From Ignavibacteriota bacterium (GTDB lineage Bacteria > Bacteroidota > Ignavibacteria > UBA10030 > UBA6906): 64,000 nt of DNA. The translations under genes were made by a program, and so were the position numbers. The notes below the pieces were generated by a model, which ran no database searches, had not been told where the DNA came from, and was given only the letters and a program-made list of their open reading frames with translations. Shown here one piece after another: positions 55,734 through 64,000 of the stretch (positions within the stretch are counted from its first letter, which is position 1; each line of letters begins with the position of its first letter). The stretch lies in the NCBI GenBank assembly GCA_963752915.1, contig CAVVZZ010000011.1, forward strand, positions 42,708-106,707. Direction: 5' to 3'.

Positions 55734-57851
55734 ATGATCTCTCTCAATCGGCTTCAAGCCGTCGGTTTCTCTCTCCTCCTTGTCGTTTCAAGCGTTAAGG
55801 GCCAATGGGTTCCCCTCGGCCCCCCGGGACTCGTAACGTCGTTGACCAAAGGGGCCGACGGACTCATCGCCGGATCGAACGGCAGCGGAGTCTTTATCCT
55901 CCCGGGGTCCTCCGGAGAATGGCAATCACGTGCAACCGCGCTCACCAGTCTCAATGTCACCTCTCTCGCCGCTGTCGGGTCAGCAATCCTCGCAGCGACA
56001 AGCGATTCCGGTGTATTCAAGAGCACCGATAATGGTTTGACCTGGGCATCGAGCAACTTTGGGATGATCGCCCTCAATATTAACGTTCTGTCCACGATTG
56101 GCACAACCGTTTTCGCCGGACCGACGAATTATGGCGCTTTCATGTCGACCAATGAAGGAGATACCTGGGTCCCAGCGGGCAAAGGCTTTGGCTCGGGGAC
56201 GGCGACGGCATTCATCGGACTGGGAGGGTTGATCTTCGGGGGATCGGCATCCGCGGGGGTCTATCTCTCGAGCGACGGAGGAAAGAATTGGTCTCAGTCG
56301 AATGCAGGGATCCCTACGCTATTTATCTCCTCACTTGCGACGGACGGCACGAATCTCTATGCAGGGACGGCGTCCAAGGGAATGTGTGTCTCAACCGACA
56401 GAGGCACTTCCTGGAATACCAACGCCCTTACAAACGTTGTGACCATTTCCGTGGTATCACTTACCAACGGTGGAGCAAGCGTCCTTGCTGTCGGCACGTT
56501 GGACAGAGGGGTCCTTTTCTCTACCGACGGCGGGGGATCCTGGACCCCCAAAAGTCCTGAACTCGTCGACAGCACCGTCGGTTGTCTTTTCGCAGACGGT
56601 GCAACGCTCTATGCCGGATTTGGTGATGGAATTATGGAGTCTACAGACGCAGGAGCACACTGGACGAACATCAGCGCGGGTTTGTCAAATTCCGATGTGA
56701 CATCCACGGCTTACAGCGATAACCGGTTGTGGGCGGGGTTGAGGAATGGAGGAGTCGTAGTATCGCAGAACAGCGGGAGCGCATGGGTCACCGCGAACAA
56801 CGGGTTGACGGATCGCGAGATCGTCGCATTGACGAACATCGGAACAACAACATTTGTGGGTACGAAGGTTGGCGGGGTCTTCGCCATCCGGGATGGCGAT
56901 ACGGTGTGGACAGGCAGGTCCAACTCACTTCCGGTCCTGGCCATCTCTTCACTTCAAGGAGTTGGCACGAGCCTGTTCGCAGGCCCGGGAGGTACAGGGA
57001 TCTATTATTCATCGGACGAAGGAATGTCGTGGAAACCCGGAATAGGTTCAAACCCGGGTGCCCGGGCGGGGACAATCGTTCGGTGCTTCACATTTGGGGC
57101 GTCGACTGTGCTTGCGGGCACGGAAGGATGGGGAATCCTGATGTCTCCGGACAAGGGAAACGGGTGGCTGCTCTCGGATTCAGGGCTCACACAAAAGGAT
57201 GTGTACGCGTTGGTTGGATCGCCGACGCGGGTGATCGCTGGGACCGGTGCCGGCCCGTTCATCAGCGCGGACGATGGTGAGTCGTGGTCCCCGAGAAACA
57301 ACGGGTTTGGCTCTTCTTCTGTTCTTTCTCTTCTGGACGCAGGGAATTTGCTGGTCGCCGGCACAAATGGTCAGGGCGTCTTCGTTTCCACGGACGATGG
57401 TGCCAATTGGAGGAGTGCGAACGGGGGTATCAGTGTCGGAACAATCCAGTCTCTCGCTGCGGATCCAACGTATATCTACGCCGGCACAAAATGGGGAGGC
57501 GTTGTGCGTAGAAGAATTGATGAACTCGGCGGAACGATGAGTGTAGACCCGGTCAATTCTGTGCCGCTCGGCTTTCGACTTGAGCAGAACTATCCGAATC
57601 CGTTCAATCCGAGCACGACCATTCGATATACGATTGCAGGGAACAGGGGACAGGGGACAGGGAACAGCTATGTGCGGTTGGAGGTCTACGATGTTCTGGG
57701 GCGAAGAGTCGCAGTGCTGGTCGACGAAAAGCAATCGCCGGGGATTCATCAGGTCAAATTCGATGGTGAAATACTGTCGAGCGGGTTATATTTTTACCGT
57801 GTGACGGTCGGTAATTTTACGGCGACCAAAGCGATGATGCTGGTACGATAG
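55734..57851 (+). CDS. BNR/Asp-box beta-propeller protein with T9SS C-terminal domain
   Basis: Start re-set to 'MISLNRLQAVGFSLLLVVSSVKGQW'. At least 12 'S.D.G.(T/S)W' repeats ('STDNGLTWAS', 'STNEGDTWVP', 'SSDGGKNWSQ', 'STDRGTSWNT', 'STDGGGSWTP', 'STDAGAHWTN', 'SSDEGMSWKP', 'SADDGESWSP', 'STDDGANWRS'). CTD 'FRLEQNYPNPFNPSTTIRYTI...YFYRVTVGNFTATKAMMLVR'. Confidence 0.75.
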   Translation: MISLNRLQAVGFSLLLVVSSVKGQWVPLGPPGLVTSLTKGADGLIAGSNGSGVFILPGSSGEWQSRATALTSLNVTSLAAVGSAILAATSDSGVFKSTDNGLTWASSNFGMIALNINVLSTIGTTVFAGPTNYGAFMSTNEGDTWVPAGKGFGSGTATAFIGLGGLIFGGSASAGVYLSSDGGKNWSQSNAGIPTLFISSLATDGTNLYAGTASKGMCVSTDRGTSWNTNALTNVVTISVVSLTNGGASVLAVGTLDRGVLFSTDGGGSWTPKSPELVDSTVGCLFADGATLYAGFGDGIMESTDAGAHWTNISAGLSNSDVTSTAYSDNRLWAGLRNGGVVVSQNSGSAWVTANNGLTDREIVALTNIGTTTFVGTKVGGVFAIRDGDTVWTGRSNSLPVLAISSLQGVGTSLFAGPGGTGIYYSSDEGMSWKPGIGSNPGARAGTIVRCFTFGASTVLAGTEGWGILMSPDKGNGWLLSDSGLTQKDVYALVGSPTRVIAGTGAGPFISADDGESWSPRNNGFGSSSVLSLLDAGNLLVAGTNGQGVFVSTDDGANWRSANGGISVGTIQSLAADPTYIYAGTKWGGVVRRRIDELGGTMSVDPVNSVPLGFRLEQNYPNPFNPSTTIRYTIAGNRGQGTGNSYVRLEVYDVLGRRVAVLVDEKQSPGIHQVKFDGEILSSGLYFYRVTVGNFTATKAMMLVR

Positions 57852-57885
57852 GTTGACAGTCAACTGTGGGGAACACGGGGACCAG

Positions 57886-60123
57886 TCACTTCATCAGGAT
57901 CATCGACTTTGTTGCGGTGAAGTTGGCTGCCGTAAGTCGATAGAAATATACTCCGCTCGCAAGCCCAGTTCCATCAAAAGGAAACGAGTACGTGCCTGCA
58001 GGGAATCGGCCATCCGCAAGCGTCGCCACCTTCCTGCCCAGAATGTCGTACACGATAAGCTTAACCCAACTGTCTACTGTCAACTGCCCGTCTCGAACTG
58101 GGTTCGAGACGAGGTCTCGTCCCGTCATAAGCGGGACGGATCCGCTGATAGGTGTTGTGGGCCCCTCGGCTCCGCTGCGAAACGCTCCGCTCGGGGCGAC
58201 GACTCCTCCCACGAGGAACTGAATAGTCGTCGTCGGATTGAACGGGTTAGGGAAATTCTGCAGCAATTCGGCTTTGAACGGAAGCGGATCCGCGCCGGGT
58301 ACAGTGAGTACCGTCGAAAGCAGATCTGCAACGGAACACCGACTCAGTCCTCCCAGCGCCCCTGCGGCATAGAGATCCTGTCCATCGGTAAAGAGCAGGT
58401 GAGTCGTCGCGGGTGCGCGTCCCAGGCCGGTCGCATGCCATCGCAGACCTTGATCGGTTGACACGAGGATTCCTCCGCCTTGTGTTCCGGCAATCGCCAC
58501 GTTGCCGACGGCCGCGAGGCAGGAGACCGAAAGCGAGCCGAGCCCCGCGTTTGCCGTAACCCAGCTTCCTCCCGCGTCTCGCGAGACAGAAATTCCTGTG
58601 GCGGTTGCGGCAACGAAGAAGGAATCTGCGGCGGATACCGCGGAAACTGAGGAGTTTTGCAGTCCTGAATTTGATTGCACCCAGTTCTTTCCGTTGTCTG
58701 TGGACCGCAAGACGCCGAATCCGATCGACCCGGCAATCGTTATGCCCTTCGCGAACGCGAAGGAGCTCACTTGTGTCCCGTTGATGCCCGGTGCAGAGCC
58801 AAGCCCGATGTTCCAGTTCAGGCCGTTATCGAGAGTGAAGTAGACTCCCCGTTTCCCGGAGGCAGCAAGCACGGCCGATCCAGCAATCCCAATCGCATTT
58901 ATACCGAATCCATTGAGTTCGCCCCCGCCGATTGTCCAGACACTATCCGCCAGATTCCGATGAAAGAACTCTCCTCCGGTGGTCCCAACAAAGATGGTGG
59001 TTCCTTGCGCCGCCATCGCGGTGACTTCATTGTTTGAGAGGTCCTGATTTACCCTCGACCATGTGGATCCTCTGTCCGAAGAGGCGAAAACCCCGCTGTG
59101 GCTAATGCCGGCGAATAAGATTCCCCCGGCAATGGCAAGGCCGGAGACCCGACTATTCGGCAGTCCCGCCCCGTGCATACTCCAATTGACCCCGCCGTCG
59201 TTCGATACACGCAGACCTTCGCCCATGGCGGCGTATGTCGTGGTGTCGACTGCAACGAGAGCACCGACGATGTTGCTCGATTGTGCCGATGTTGCGGAGA
59301 TCCAGGAAGCGCCGGTGTCAGGCGAGAAGAATATTCCTCCGGACGCGGTTCCGACGATGATGTTGGTACGCGTTCGTTGGCGTGTGGAAACGGTTGTCAA
59401 GCAGGATGCATTCAAATCGGCAAGGCCATTGCTGGACGATGCCCAGGTATCTCCTCCATCCTTCGAGATGTATACGCCGCTCCCGGGGATCGCTGCAAAC
59501 AGGTTCCCACCGACGGAGCAGAACGCCTGCACGCTCCCACCTCCAGGGAGCCCGGAGCTTGACGCGGTCCAGTTCTTTCCTCCGTCGCTCGTACGGTATG
59601 CTCCGGTAGTAGTTCCCGCGAACAGAGATGTCTGAACCTGGAAAAATGTGTTGATCGTCTGCAGACCCAGACCCTTCCCCGAGGGATGCCAGGTCTGGCC
59701 ACCATCGGTAGAGAAAAAAGCCCCGAAATTGACAGGGCCGGCAAAAAGGGTATCACCGATCGCAGTGATGCTTTCAATACTATTGCTGATAAGAAGCGTA
59801 TTCGCCGCGCTCCATGAGACCCCATTGTCTGACGAGACAAAAATCCCCGCATCGGCGGTTGAAGCGTAGACACCCGCTGGGGATGCTGTCAGAGAGGTCA
59901 CCTCGAGACTACCGAGTCCGTTCCTCGATTCAGAAAAGGAGGCTCCCTGGTCCGTGGACCTGAAGACTCCGCCTCCACGCATACCGACAAACAGTGTTCC
60001 GGAGGATTGAACAATTGAGGAGAAGAGAGACGGGGGATTCATCAAGGTCCATTGACAGCGCGCAGCGAGCGCAGAGCAAAGAAGAAGGGTGGAAATGGTG
60101 GCAAGCCGGGAGATGGGATTCAT
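57886..60123 (-). CDS. BNR/Asp-box beta-propeller protein with T9SS C-terminal domain (paralogue of 55734-57851, convergent)
   Basis: Start re-set to 'MNPISRLATISTLLLCSALAARCQW'. Repeats 'STDQGASFSE', 'SSDNGVSWSA', 'STDGGQTWHP', 'TSDGGKNWTA', 'SKDGGDTWAS', 'SPDTGASWIS', 'SNDGGVNWSM', 'SSDRGSTWSR', 'STDNGKNWVQ', 'SRDAGGSWVT', 'STDQGLRWHA'. CTD 'ELLQNFPNPFNPTTTIQFLV...YFYRLTAANFTATKSMILMK'. Confidence 0.75.
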   Translation of the reverse strand: MNPISRLATISTLLLCSALAARCQWTLMNPPSLFSSIVQSSGTLFVGMRGGGVFRSTDQGASFSESRNGLGSLEVTSLTASPAGVYASTADAGIFVSSDNGVSWSAANTLLISNSIESITAIGDTLFAGPVNFGAFFSTDGGQTWHPSGKGLGLQTINTFFQVQTSLFAGTTTGAYRTSDGGKNWTASSSGLPGGGSVQAFCSVGGNLFAAIPGSGVYISKDGGDTWASSSNGLADLNASCLTTVSTRQRTRTNIIVGTASGGIFFSPDTGASWISATSAQSSNIVGALVAVDTTTYAAMGEGLRVSNDGGVNWSMHGAGLPNSRVSGLAIAGGILFAGISHSGVFASSDRGSTWSRVNQDLSNNEVTAMAAQGTTIFVGTTGGEFFHRNLADSVWTIGGGELNGFGINAIGIAGSAVLAASGKRGVYFTLDNGLNWNIGLGSAPGINGTQVSSFAFAKGITIAGSIGFGVLRSTDNGKNWVQSNSGLQNSSVSAVSAADSFFVAATATGISVSRDAGGSWVTANAGLGSLSVSCLAAVGNVAIAGTQGGGILVSTDQGLRWHATGLGRAPATTHLLFTDGQDLYAAGALGGLSRCSVADLLSTVLTVPGADPLPFKAELLQNFPNPFNPTTTIQFLVGGVVAPSGAFRSGAEGPTTPISGSVPLMTGRDLVSNPVRDGQLTVDSWVKLIVYDILGRKVATLADGRFPAGTYSFPFDGTGLASGVYFYRLTAANFTATKSMILMK

Positions 60124-60145
60124 ATGCCAGCAGGCATGTGGATTG

Positions 60146-61072
60146 TCAATGCCGGATGGGGTATGTCGCAGTCGTAGTGACACTGTTTCCAAAAACCCCC
60201 AGGCCATTCGGGACGTTTGTATAATCCGGTTGATCGAGCCGAATGCTGGATTTGTCCACTGGCCCATTGTAAACATAATAGTAATTGAACAATGCATCGT
60301 CAACCTGGATGATCTCGAATACGGCTTGCAGCCAGATCACCGGAGCGACCGGATATTTTGCACTGACCTCGTTCCGTATCAGCCCGTATTGACCGATGTC
60401 GAACTTCATTTGCATCGTCTTTTGTGAAACGGTAAAGGACTTCACAAGCGCGAGCGAGGGAAAAACCCGAATGAGTGATCCGTTGTTGTCAACGTAGGAA
60501 GATAGCGGTACCTCTGCCCGGTGCAGCTCCCATCCACCGTCGACATATGCGTAGTAGTCGACGAAGAAGTGCAAAACTGCGGCTCCGCTGAAACTTCTGA
60601 ACAACACGTTCAGTGTGGGGGGAGTGCCGGTCGTGCTATCAAGAGTCCGGGGATTGACCATGGACATCGTTGGAGGAATCAAGGTGGTCGTCTGAGCCGT
60701 TGCGGTCAGACCTTCAGGAGTCGTGACCTGAAGGGTATACGTCGTCCCCGGAAACACCTGAAGCTGCGGGGCGATATAGAGATTCATTGGTGCCGCGAGG
60801 CCGGAGGGGTCCAGCGTATAGATCGTGGTATCCCTGAAGACGATCGTCCCCCCGGAATAGCGGAGAACAACTGACGCGTTGCGAATGACCGGGCCGGGGG
60901 GATTCTGATACGTCGTTCCCACACGGATATATTGTGTAACACTCGACACATTCAGGATGCTGTAGACGACCAGCTTATTGCTTACGGGCCCGTCGGGTTC
61001 AAACGGCTGATTGCATGAGCCGACTGCGAGCGCGCATACTGCGGTCAAGAGTATGAGGGAGGTTCTCTGCAT
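60146..61072 (-). CDS. lipoprotein of the type that follows TonB-dependent receptors (DUF4249-like)
   Basis: Signal + lipobox 'MQRTSLILLTAVCALAVGSCNQP'. Lies 3 bp downstream of a TonB-dependent receptor gene on the same strand. Beta-rich, no catalytic motif. Confidence 0.45.
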   Translation of the reverse strand: MQRTSLILLTAVCALAVGSCNQPFEPDGPVSNKLVVYSILNVSSVTQYIRVGTTYQNPPGPVIRNASVVLRYSGGTIVFRDTTIYTLDPSGLAAPMNLYIAPQLQVFPGTTYTLQVTTPEGLTATAQTTTLIPPTMSMVNPRTLDSTTGTPPTLNVLFRSFSGAAVLHFFVDYYAYVDGGWELHRAEVPLSSYVDNNGSLIRVFPSLALVKSFTVSQKTMQMKFDIGQYGLIRNEVSAKYPVAPVIWLQAVFEIIQVDDALFNYYYVYNGPVDKSSIRLDQPDYTNVPNGLGVFGNSVTTTATYPIRH

Positions 61073-61075
61073 CGG

Positions 61076-63331
61076 TTAGAACTCTATCGTAAGGGAAGCA
61101 GTTGGGAAGAAGGGGATCATATAATCCGTCTTCCCCGTCATTCGATCGTAGTAGAGGATGTTCTTCTGATCGTACAGGTTGATAATGCTCAGCCCTGCCG
61201 TGCCGCGGAACATGCCGATCGATGTCGAATACATCAGGCTCGCATCCAACCGATGATACGCGGGGAGGCGCGCTGCGTTCTTCGCTCCGAGGGTTCTTGA
61301 AGGTGTCCCCGGTCCATCGGGAAACGGATCATCGCCGATGCCGGAAAGGGAGAGCCGATCATAGGATCCTGCATTCTGTGTAAACGGATAGCCGCTTCCG
61401 TAATCCCATCGCAGCGAAAAATCAAGACCCCGAATCAGATGAAACGTTGTCACCGCCTTGACAGTGTGCCTGCGATCGTAGCGTGGGGCGTACGTCATGT
61501 CGTTCGCACTGACTGTCACATACGAAAGCGTGTAGCTGGCATAAATGTCGACCACTGGAGAAGCAAACCGGGTCAGAAATTCCGTCCCATAGGCCCGCCC
61601 TGTCCCGTTGATATAATCAGGATCTCCCGGATAGACTTTCGTAGCATTGTACAGTGTCAGGGAGCGATATGATTTCGAGTATCCCTGGAGGCTCAGTGCG
61701 AGCGAAGGGAAGAGGTTGCCCTCGACTCCGAAGACGTAATGATGGGCCTCTTCAGGCCGAAGTTCGCGCGGAAGAATGATCCAGGCATCAAAGAGCGAGA
61801 TCAAGTCGTCTTCATTGCTTACGGTAATCAGGTTCTGTGTGAACACACCGTACGACGCCTTGGCGATCCAGTTGCCCCCAAGCCCGTAGGAAAGGGTGAT
61901 CCTCGGCTGGAGTCCTTGACGAACCGGGCCGCCGTCGAGGAGCAGGAGAAGATCGGAATGAATCCCAGCGTCGATTCCGATCGGTCCCCAGGATCCCAGA
62001 TAACGCAACCACGCGAACCATTCGACTTCACTGTCTTTGATCTGATTCGGGAAGATGCCGTTGGTATAGAGAGAGTCATCCACCGACGGGAAATTGACTT
62101 CGAAGCCCTCAAAGAACTTGTTTTGATTATCGAGAAACGAGGTCAATTCAACCTTCAGACCAAGCTCATCGAGCATCGACGAGGCGGGAGTCACCGATGA
62201 TGTCTGCTTGGGCGTGCGGGTGATTTTCGAGTACGAGTAGGAGAGAGAGGCGTCGAAGTAGGTCCGGTCATCCGCGAGGCCGGAGAGGACCGCCGACATC
62301 GCAGCATTGCGCCAGGTGTGATCGGGTTGGACCGGGTCCGAAGGGGTAACGTCGTCACCACTGACATACGCCCGAACCCCGATTCTTCCCGTCGGCGTTC
62401 CGACGGTTCCCTTCGCGAACAGGTCGTAAAAGGTTGTCGGAGCGGGATTGGGGATCAATTTGTTGATGCTGTTACTGAAGAGGGAGGAACGCCCGCTCAC
62501 AAGCCAGCTGTTGTCGTCGGAAAACGGACCGTCGAGCTCAAGCTTGCCTGACAGGAAATTGATGCTCGCATTCCCCGAAACCCGTGAGAGATTCCCTTCC
62601 TTCGTGGTGACGTTCACAACGGACGAGAGCCGATCGCCATAGCCGGCGGGGAAAGCCCCCGTGTAGATTTCGGCCGCTTTGACAATGTCGGGGTCAAGAA
62701 TGCTGAACAGTCCGAATGCATGAAACGGGTTGTAGATTTTCATCCCATCGAGGAGGATCAGGTTCTGGTCTCCCGCTCCGCCACGGACGAAGAATTTCGC
62801 GCTGACATCCGAAGTCGACGTGATTCCCGGCAGCATCTGGATCGATCGCAATAAATCGTTCTGCGCAACTGCGGGGATCGTTTGCAGTTCTTGGGGACGC
62901 ATGACATGGACGCTCGCACTCTTTTCTGCCAGGCTGGAAATGCCTTCGGACTGTACGACGACTTCGCCGGTCTGAATCAACCGCACGGCGAGTTTGACAT
63001 TTAGCGTTAACGGCTCTCCCCCGCGAACCTGGACACGAAGAATTTTCCGTTCGTATCCCACGGCGCTGACGATCACGTCGTAGTCGCCGGGCGAAACGCT
63101 TGTAATGATGTAGAATCCAATGTCATTCGTCGTCGCCCCTTTTGTCGTCCCTCTGAGCTGCAGGTGGACGCCAGGCATCCTGTCGCCGTTCGCGCTATCT
63201 GACACGACGCCACGTATGTCGGCAGAGGTCGGACGCTGCTCCGCAGGGACGGTCGGAGATTGAGCCCGAACGTGCGGGTTCAGAGACACGAATACAACAG
63301 CGAGGAGCAAAGTAACGTGAGAAAACTTCAC
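61076..63331 (-). CDS. TonB-dependent outer-membrane receptor with N-terminal CarboxypepD_reg-like domain
   Basis: Signal peptide 'MKFSHVTLLLAVVFVSLNPHVRAQS'. 'IRGVVSDSANGDRMPGVHLQLRGTTKGATTNDIGFYIITSVSPGDYDVIVSAVGY'. Plug 'VHVMRPQELQTIPAVAQNDLLRSIQMLPGITS...FFVRGG'. C-terminal 'ASLTIEF' with terminal Phe. Confidence 0.75.
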   Translation of the reverse strand: MKFSHVTLLLAVVFVSLNPHVRAQSPTVPAEQRPTSADIRGVVSDSANGDRMPGVHLQLRGTTKGATTNDIGFYIITSVSPGDYDVIVSAVGYERKILRVQVRGGEPLTLNVKLAVRLIQTGEVVVQSEGISSLAEKSASVHVMRPQELQTIPAVAQNDLLRSIQMLPGITSTSDVSAKFFVRGGAGDQNLILLDGMKIYNPFHAFGLFSILDPDIVKAAEIYTGAFPAGYGDRLSSVVNVTTKEGNLSRVSGNASINFLSGKLELDGPFSDDNSWLVSGRSSLFSNSINKLIPNPAPTTFYDLFAKGTVGTPTGRIGVRAYVSGDDVTPSDPVQPDHTWRNAAMSAVLSGLADDRTYFDASLSYSYSKITRTPKQTSSVTPASSMLDELGLKVELTSFLDNQNKFFEGFEVNFPSVDDSLYTNGIFPNQIKDSEVEWFAWLRYLGSWGPIGIDAGIHSDLLLLLDGGPVRQGLQPRITLSYGLGGNWIAKASYGVFTQNLITVSNEDDLISLFDAWIILPRELRPEEAHHYVFGVEGNLFPSLALSLQGYSKSYRSLTLYNATKVYPGDPDYINGTGRAYGTEFLTRFASPVVDIYASYTLSYVTVSANDMTYAPRYDRRHTVKAVTTFHLIRGLDFSLRWDYGSGYPFTQNAGSYDRLSLSGIGDDPFPDGPGTPSRTLGAKNAARLPAYHRLDASLMYSTSIGMFRGTAGLSIINLYDQKNILYYDRMTGKTDYMIPFFPTASLTIEF

Positions 63332-63731
63332 GGGGTTGGATGCTGAAGGAGTCGGGAATGACGGGGTACAATTCCGTCGTGTATGAGAAAGAAGTACAAA
63401 ATTACAGCGAAATGCAAGGCGGGCACATTGTCAGATTCTATTGGAACTTATGCAATTGGAACTTGAGCAAGCATGACCATGTTGAGAAACACGAGAATGA
63501 ACAACAGCCCTGGTCGAAATCTCACCAGCGCACGAGGCCAACGACGGAAATGGCAGAAAGATCTCAGTTCGTGCATGATGTACCATAATGACACTTGCCA
63601 CGATCCTCGATGCGCATCTATCATAGTCTTTGCCTGTTGATGAGGCGACGCGCGGTCGATTAAACCTCCAGCGTCTATCCCGCATCGAACACAAAATGCG
63701 AAATGTTGTCCCCGACGATGAAGGATTCCGG

Positions 63732-64000
63732 ATGCTTAAGACACTTCTCTCTCATTCCTGCCTTTTTTGCTTCGCAGTCGCCACCGGGGTTCTTACCGGA
63801 TGCTCATCAACCAAGGAGATGTCGAGCGATGCGGTGTCACCGAACCTGCAAATTGACGGGAATGCAAATGATTGGGAGGGAAAGCTCTACATCTTCAAAG
63901 ACAAGGGCCTCCTTGTCGGAGTGCAGGACGACAGTGCTGACGTCTACGTCTGTCTCGAGGGGCTTGATCCCGCAACATCCCGCGGGATGATGCGTGGAGG
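63732..64000 (+). CDS. 3'-partial hypothetical lipoprotein (frame 3, not in ORF track)
   Basis: Own translation from ATG 63732: 'MLKTLLSHSCLFCFAVATGVLTGCSSTKEMSSDAVSPNLQIDGNANDWEGKLYIFKDKGLLVGVQDDSADVYVCLEG..', a clean signal peptide + lipobox 'LTGC'. Open to the window end. Preferred over the listed 63703-63990 frame, which is Arg/Cys-rich and not protein-like. Confidence 0.4.
   Translation, partial: MLKTLLSHSCLFCFAVATGVLTGCSSTKEMSSDAVSPNLQIDGNANDWEGKLYIFKDKGLLVGVQDDSADVYVCLEGLDPATSRGMMRG

Noticed and set aside
55557-55734. The 5' extension of the GH38 ORF up to 55734 (listed start)
   Set aside because: The extension precedes the signal peptide and would overlap the divergent BNR gene start region. 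The internal Met at 55557 gives a canonical signal peptide.
63703-63990. Listed 95-aa frame-1 ORF at the window end
   Set aside because: Its product is Arg/Cys/Ser-rich and not protein-like. The frame-3 reading from 63732 gives a textbook lipoprotein signal peptide and is preferred.
1-64000. CRISPR arrays, rRNA/tRNA genes, transposases, integrases, phage genes
   Set aside because: I found no regularly spaced direct repeats, no tRNA-like cloverleaf candidates in the intergenic regions inspected, and no DDE, tyrosine-recombinase or phage structural motifs in any frame. The window looks like core chromosome rather than a mobile island.

Overview
High-GC (about 60%) bacterial chromosomal segment with about 40 protein-coding genes and no rRNA, tRNA, CRISPR array or obvious mobile element. 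Seven proteins end in the same Por/T9SS C-terminal sorting domain ('..NYPNPFNP(S/T)T.I.Y.L........V(Y/F)D.LGR.V..L.........G.Y...FDG..L.SG.Y.YR(L/M)....F..T.K..L.K'), so the organism probably uses a type IX secretion system (FCB superphylum: Bacteroidota, Rhodothermota or Ignavibacteriota-like). Gene content is dominated by cell-envelope and sensing functions: two TonB-dependent receptors plus an OM beta-barrel protein, secreted BNR/Asp-box beta-propeller proteins, a GH38-like alpha-mannosidase, a GH88/105 unsaturated glycuronyl hydrolase, an M64-like zinc peptidase, an NtrC-type sigma54 two-component system in an operon with a porin-like OMP and a cupredoxin, a four-gene ECF sigma / ZAS anti-sigma / DUF4097 / CBM9-DUF5916 module, the ammonium transporter Amt, a 1198-aa multi-PAS/GAF HisKA_2 kinase, and a deoC-ALDH16 pair. 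The most unusual element is a tightly overlapping five-gene cluster at 24304-30014: UbiA-family prenyltransferase (DGGGPS/ChlG-like second motif), DAGK-family lipid kinase, PurM/ThiL-like protein, SPT-like alpha-oxoamine synthase, B12-binding radical SAM enzyme. Together these look like a pathway for an undescribed prenylated or methylated phospho-aminolipid or sphingolipid-like membrane lipid. Two genes (the SPT-like synthase and an OmpR-partnered sensor kinase) carry apparent +1/-1 frameshifts. All calls rest on motif recognition by eye; no searches were run.
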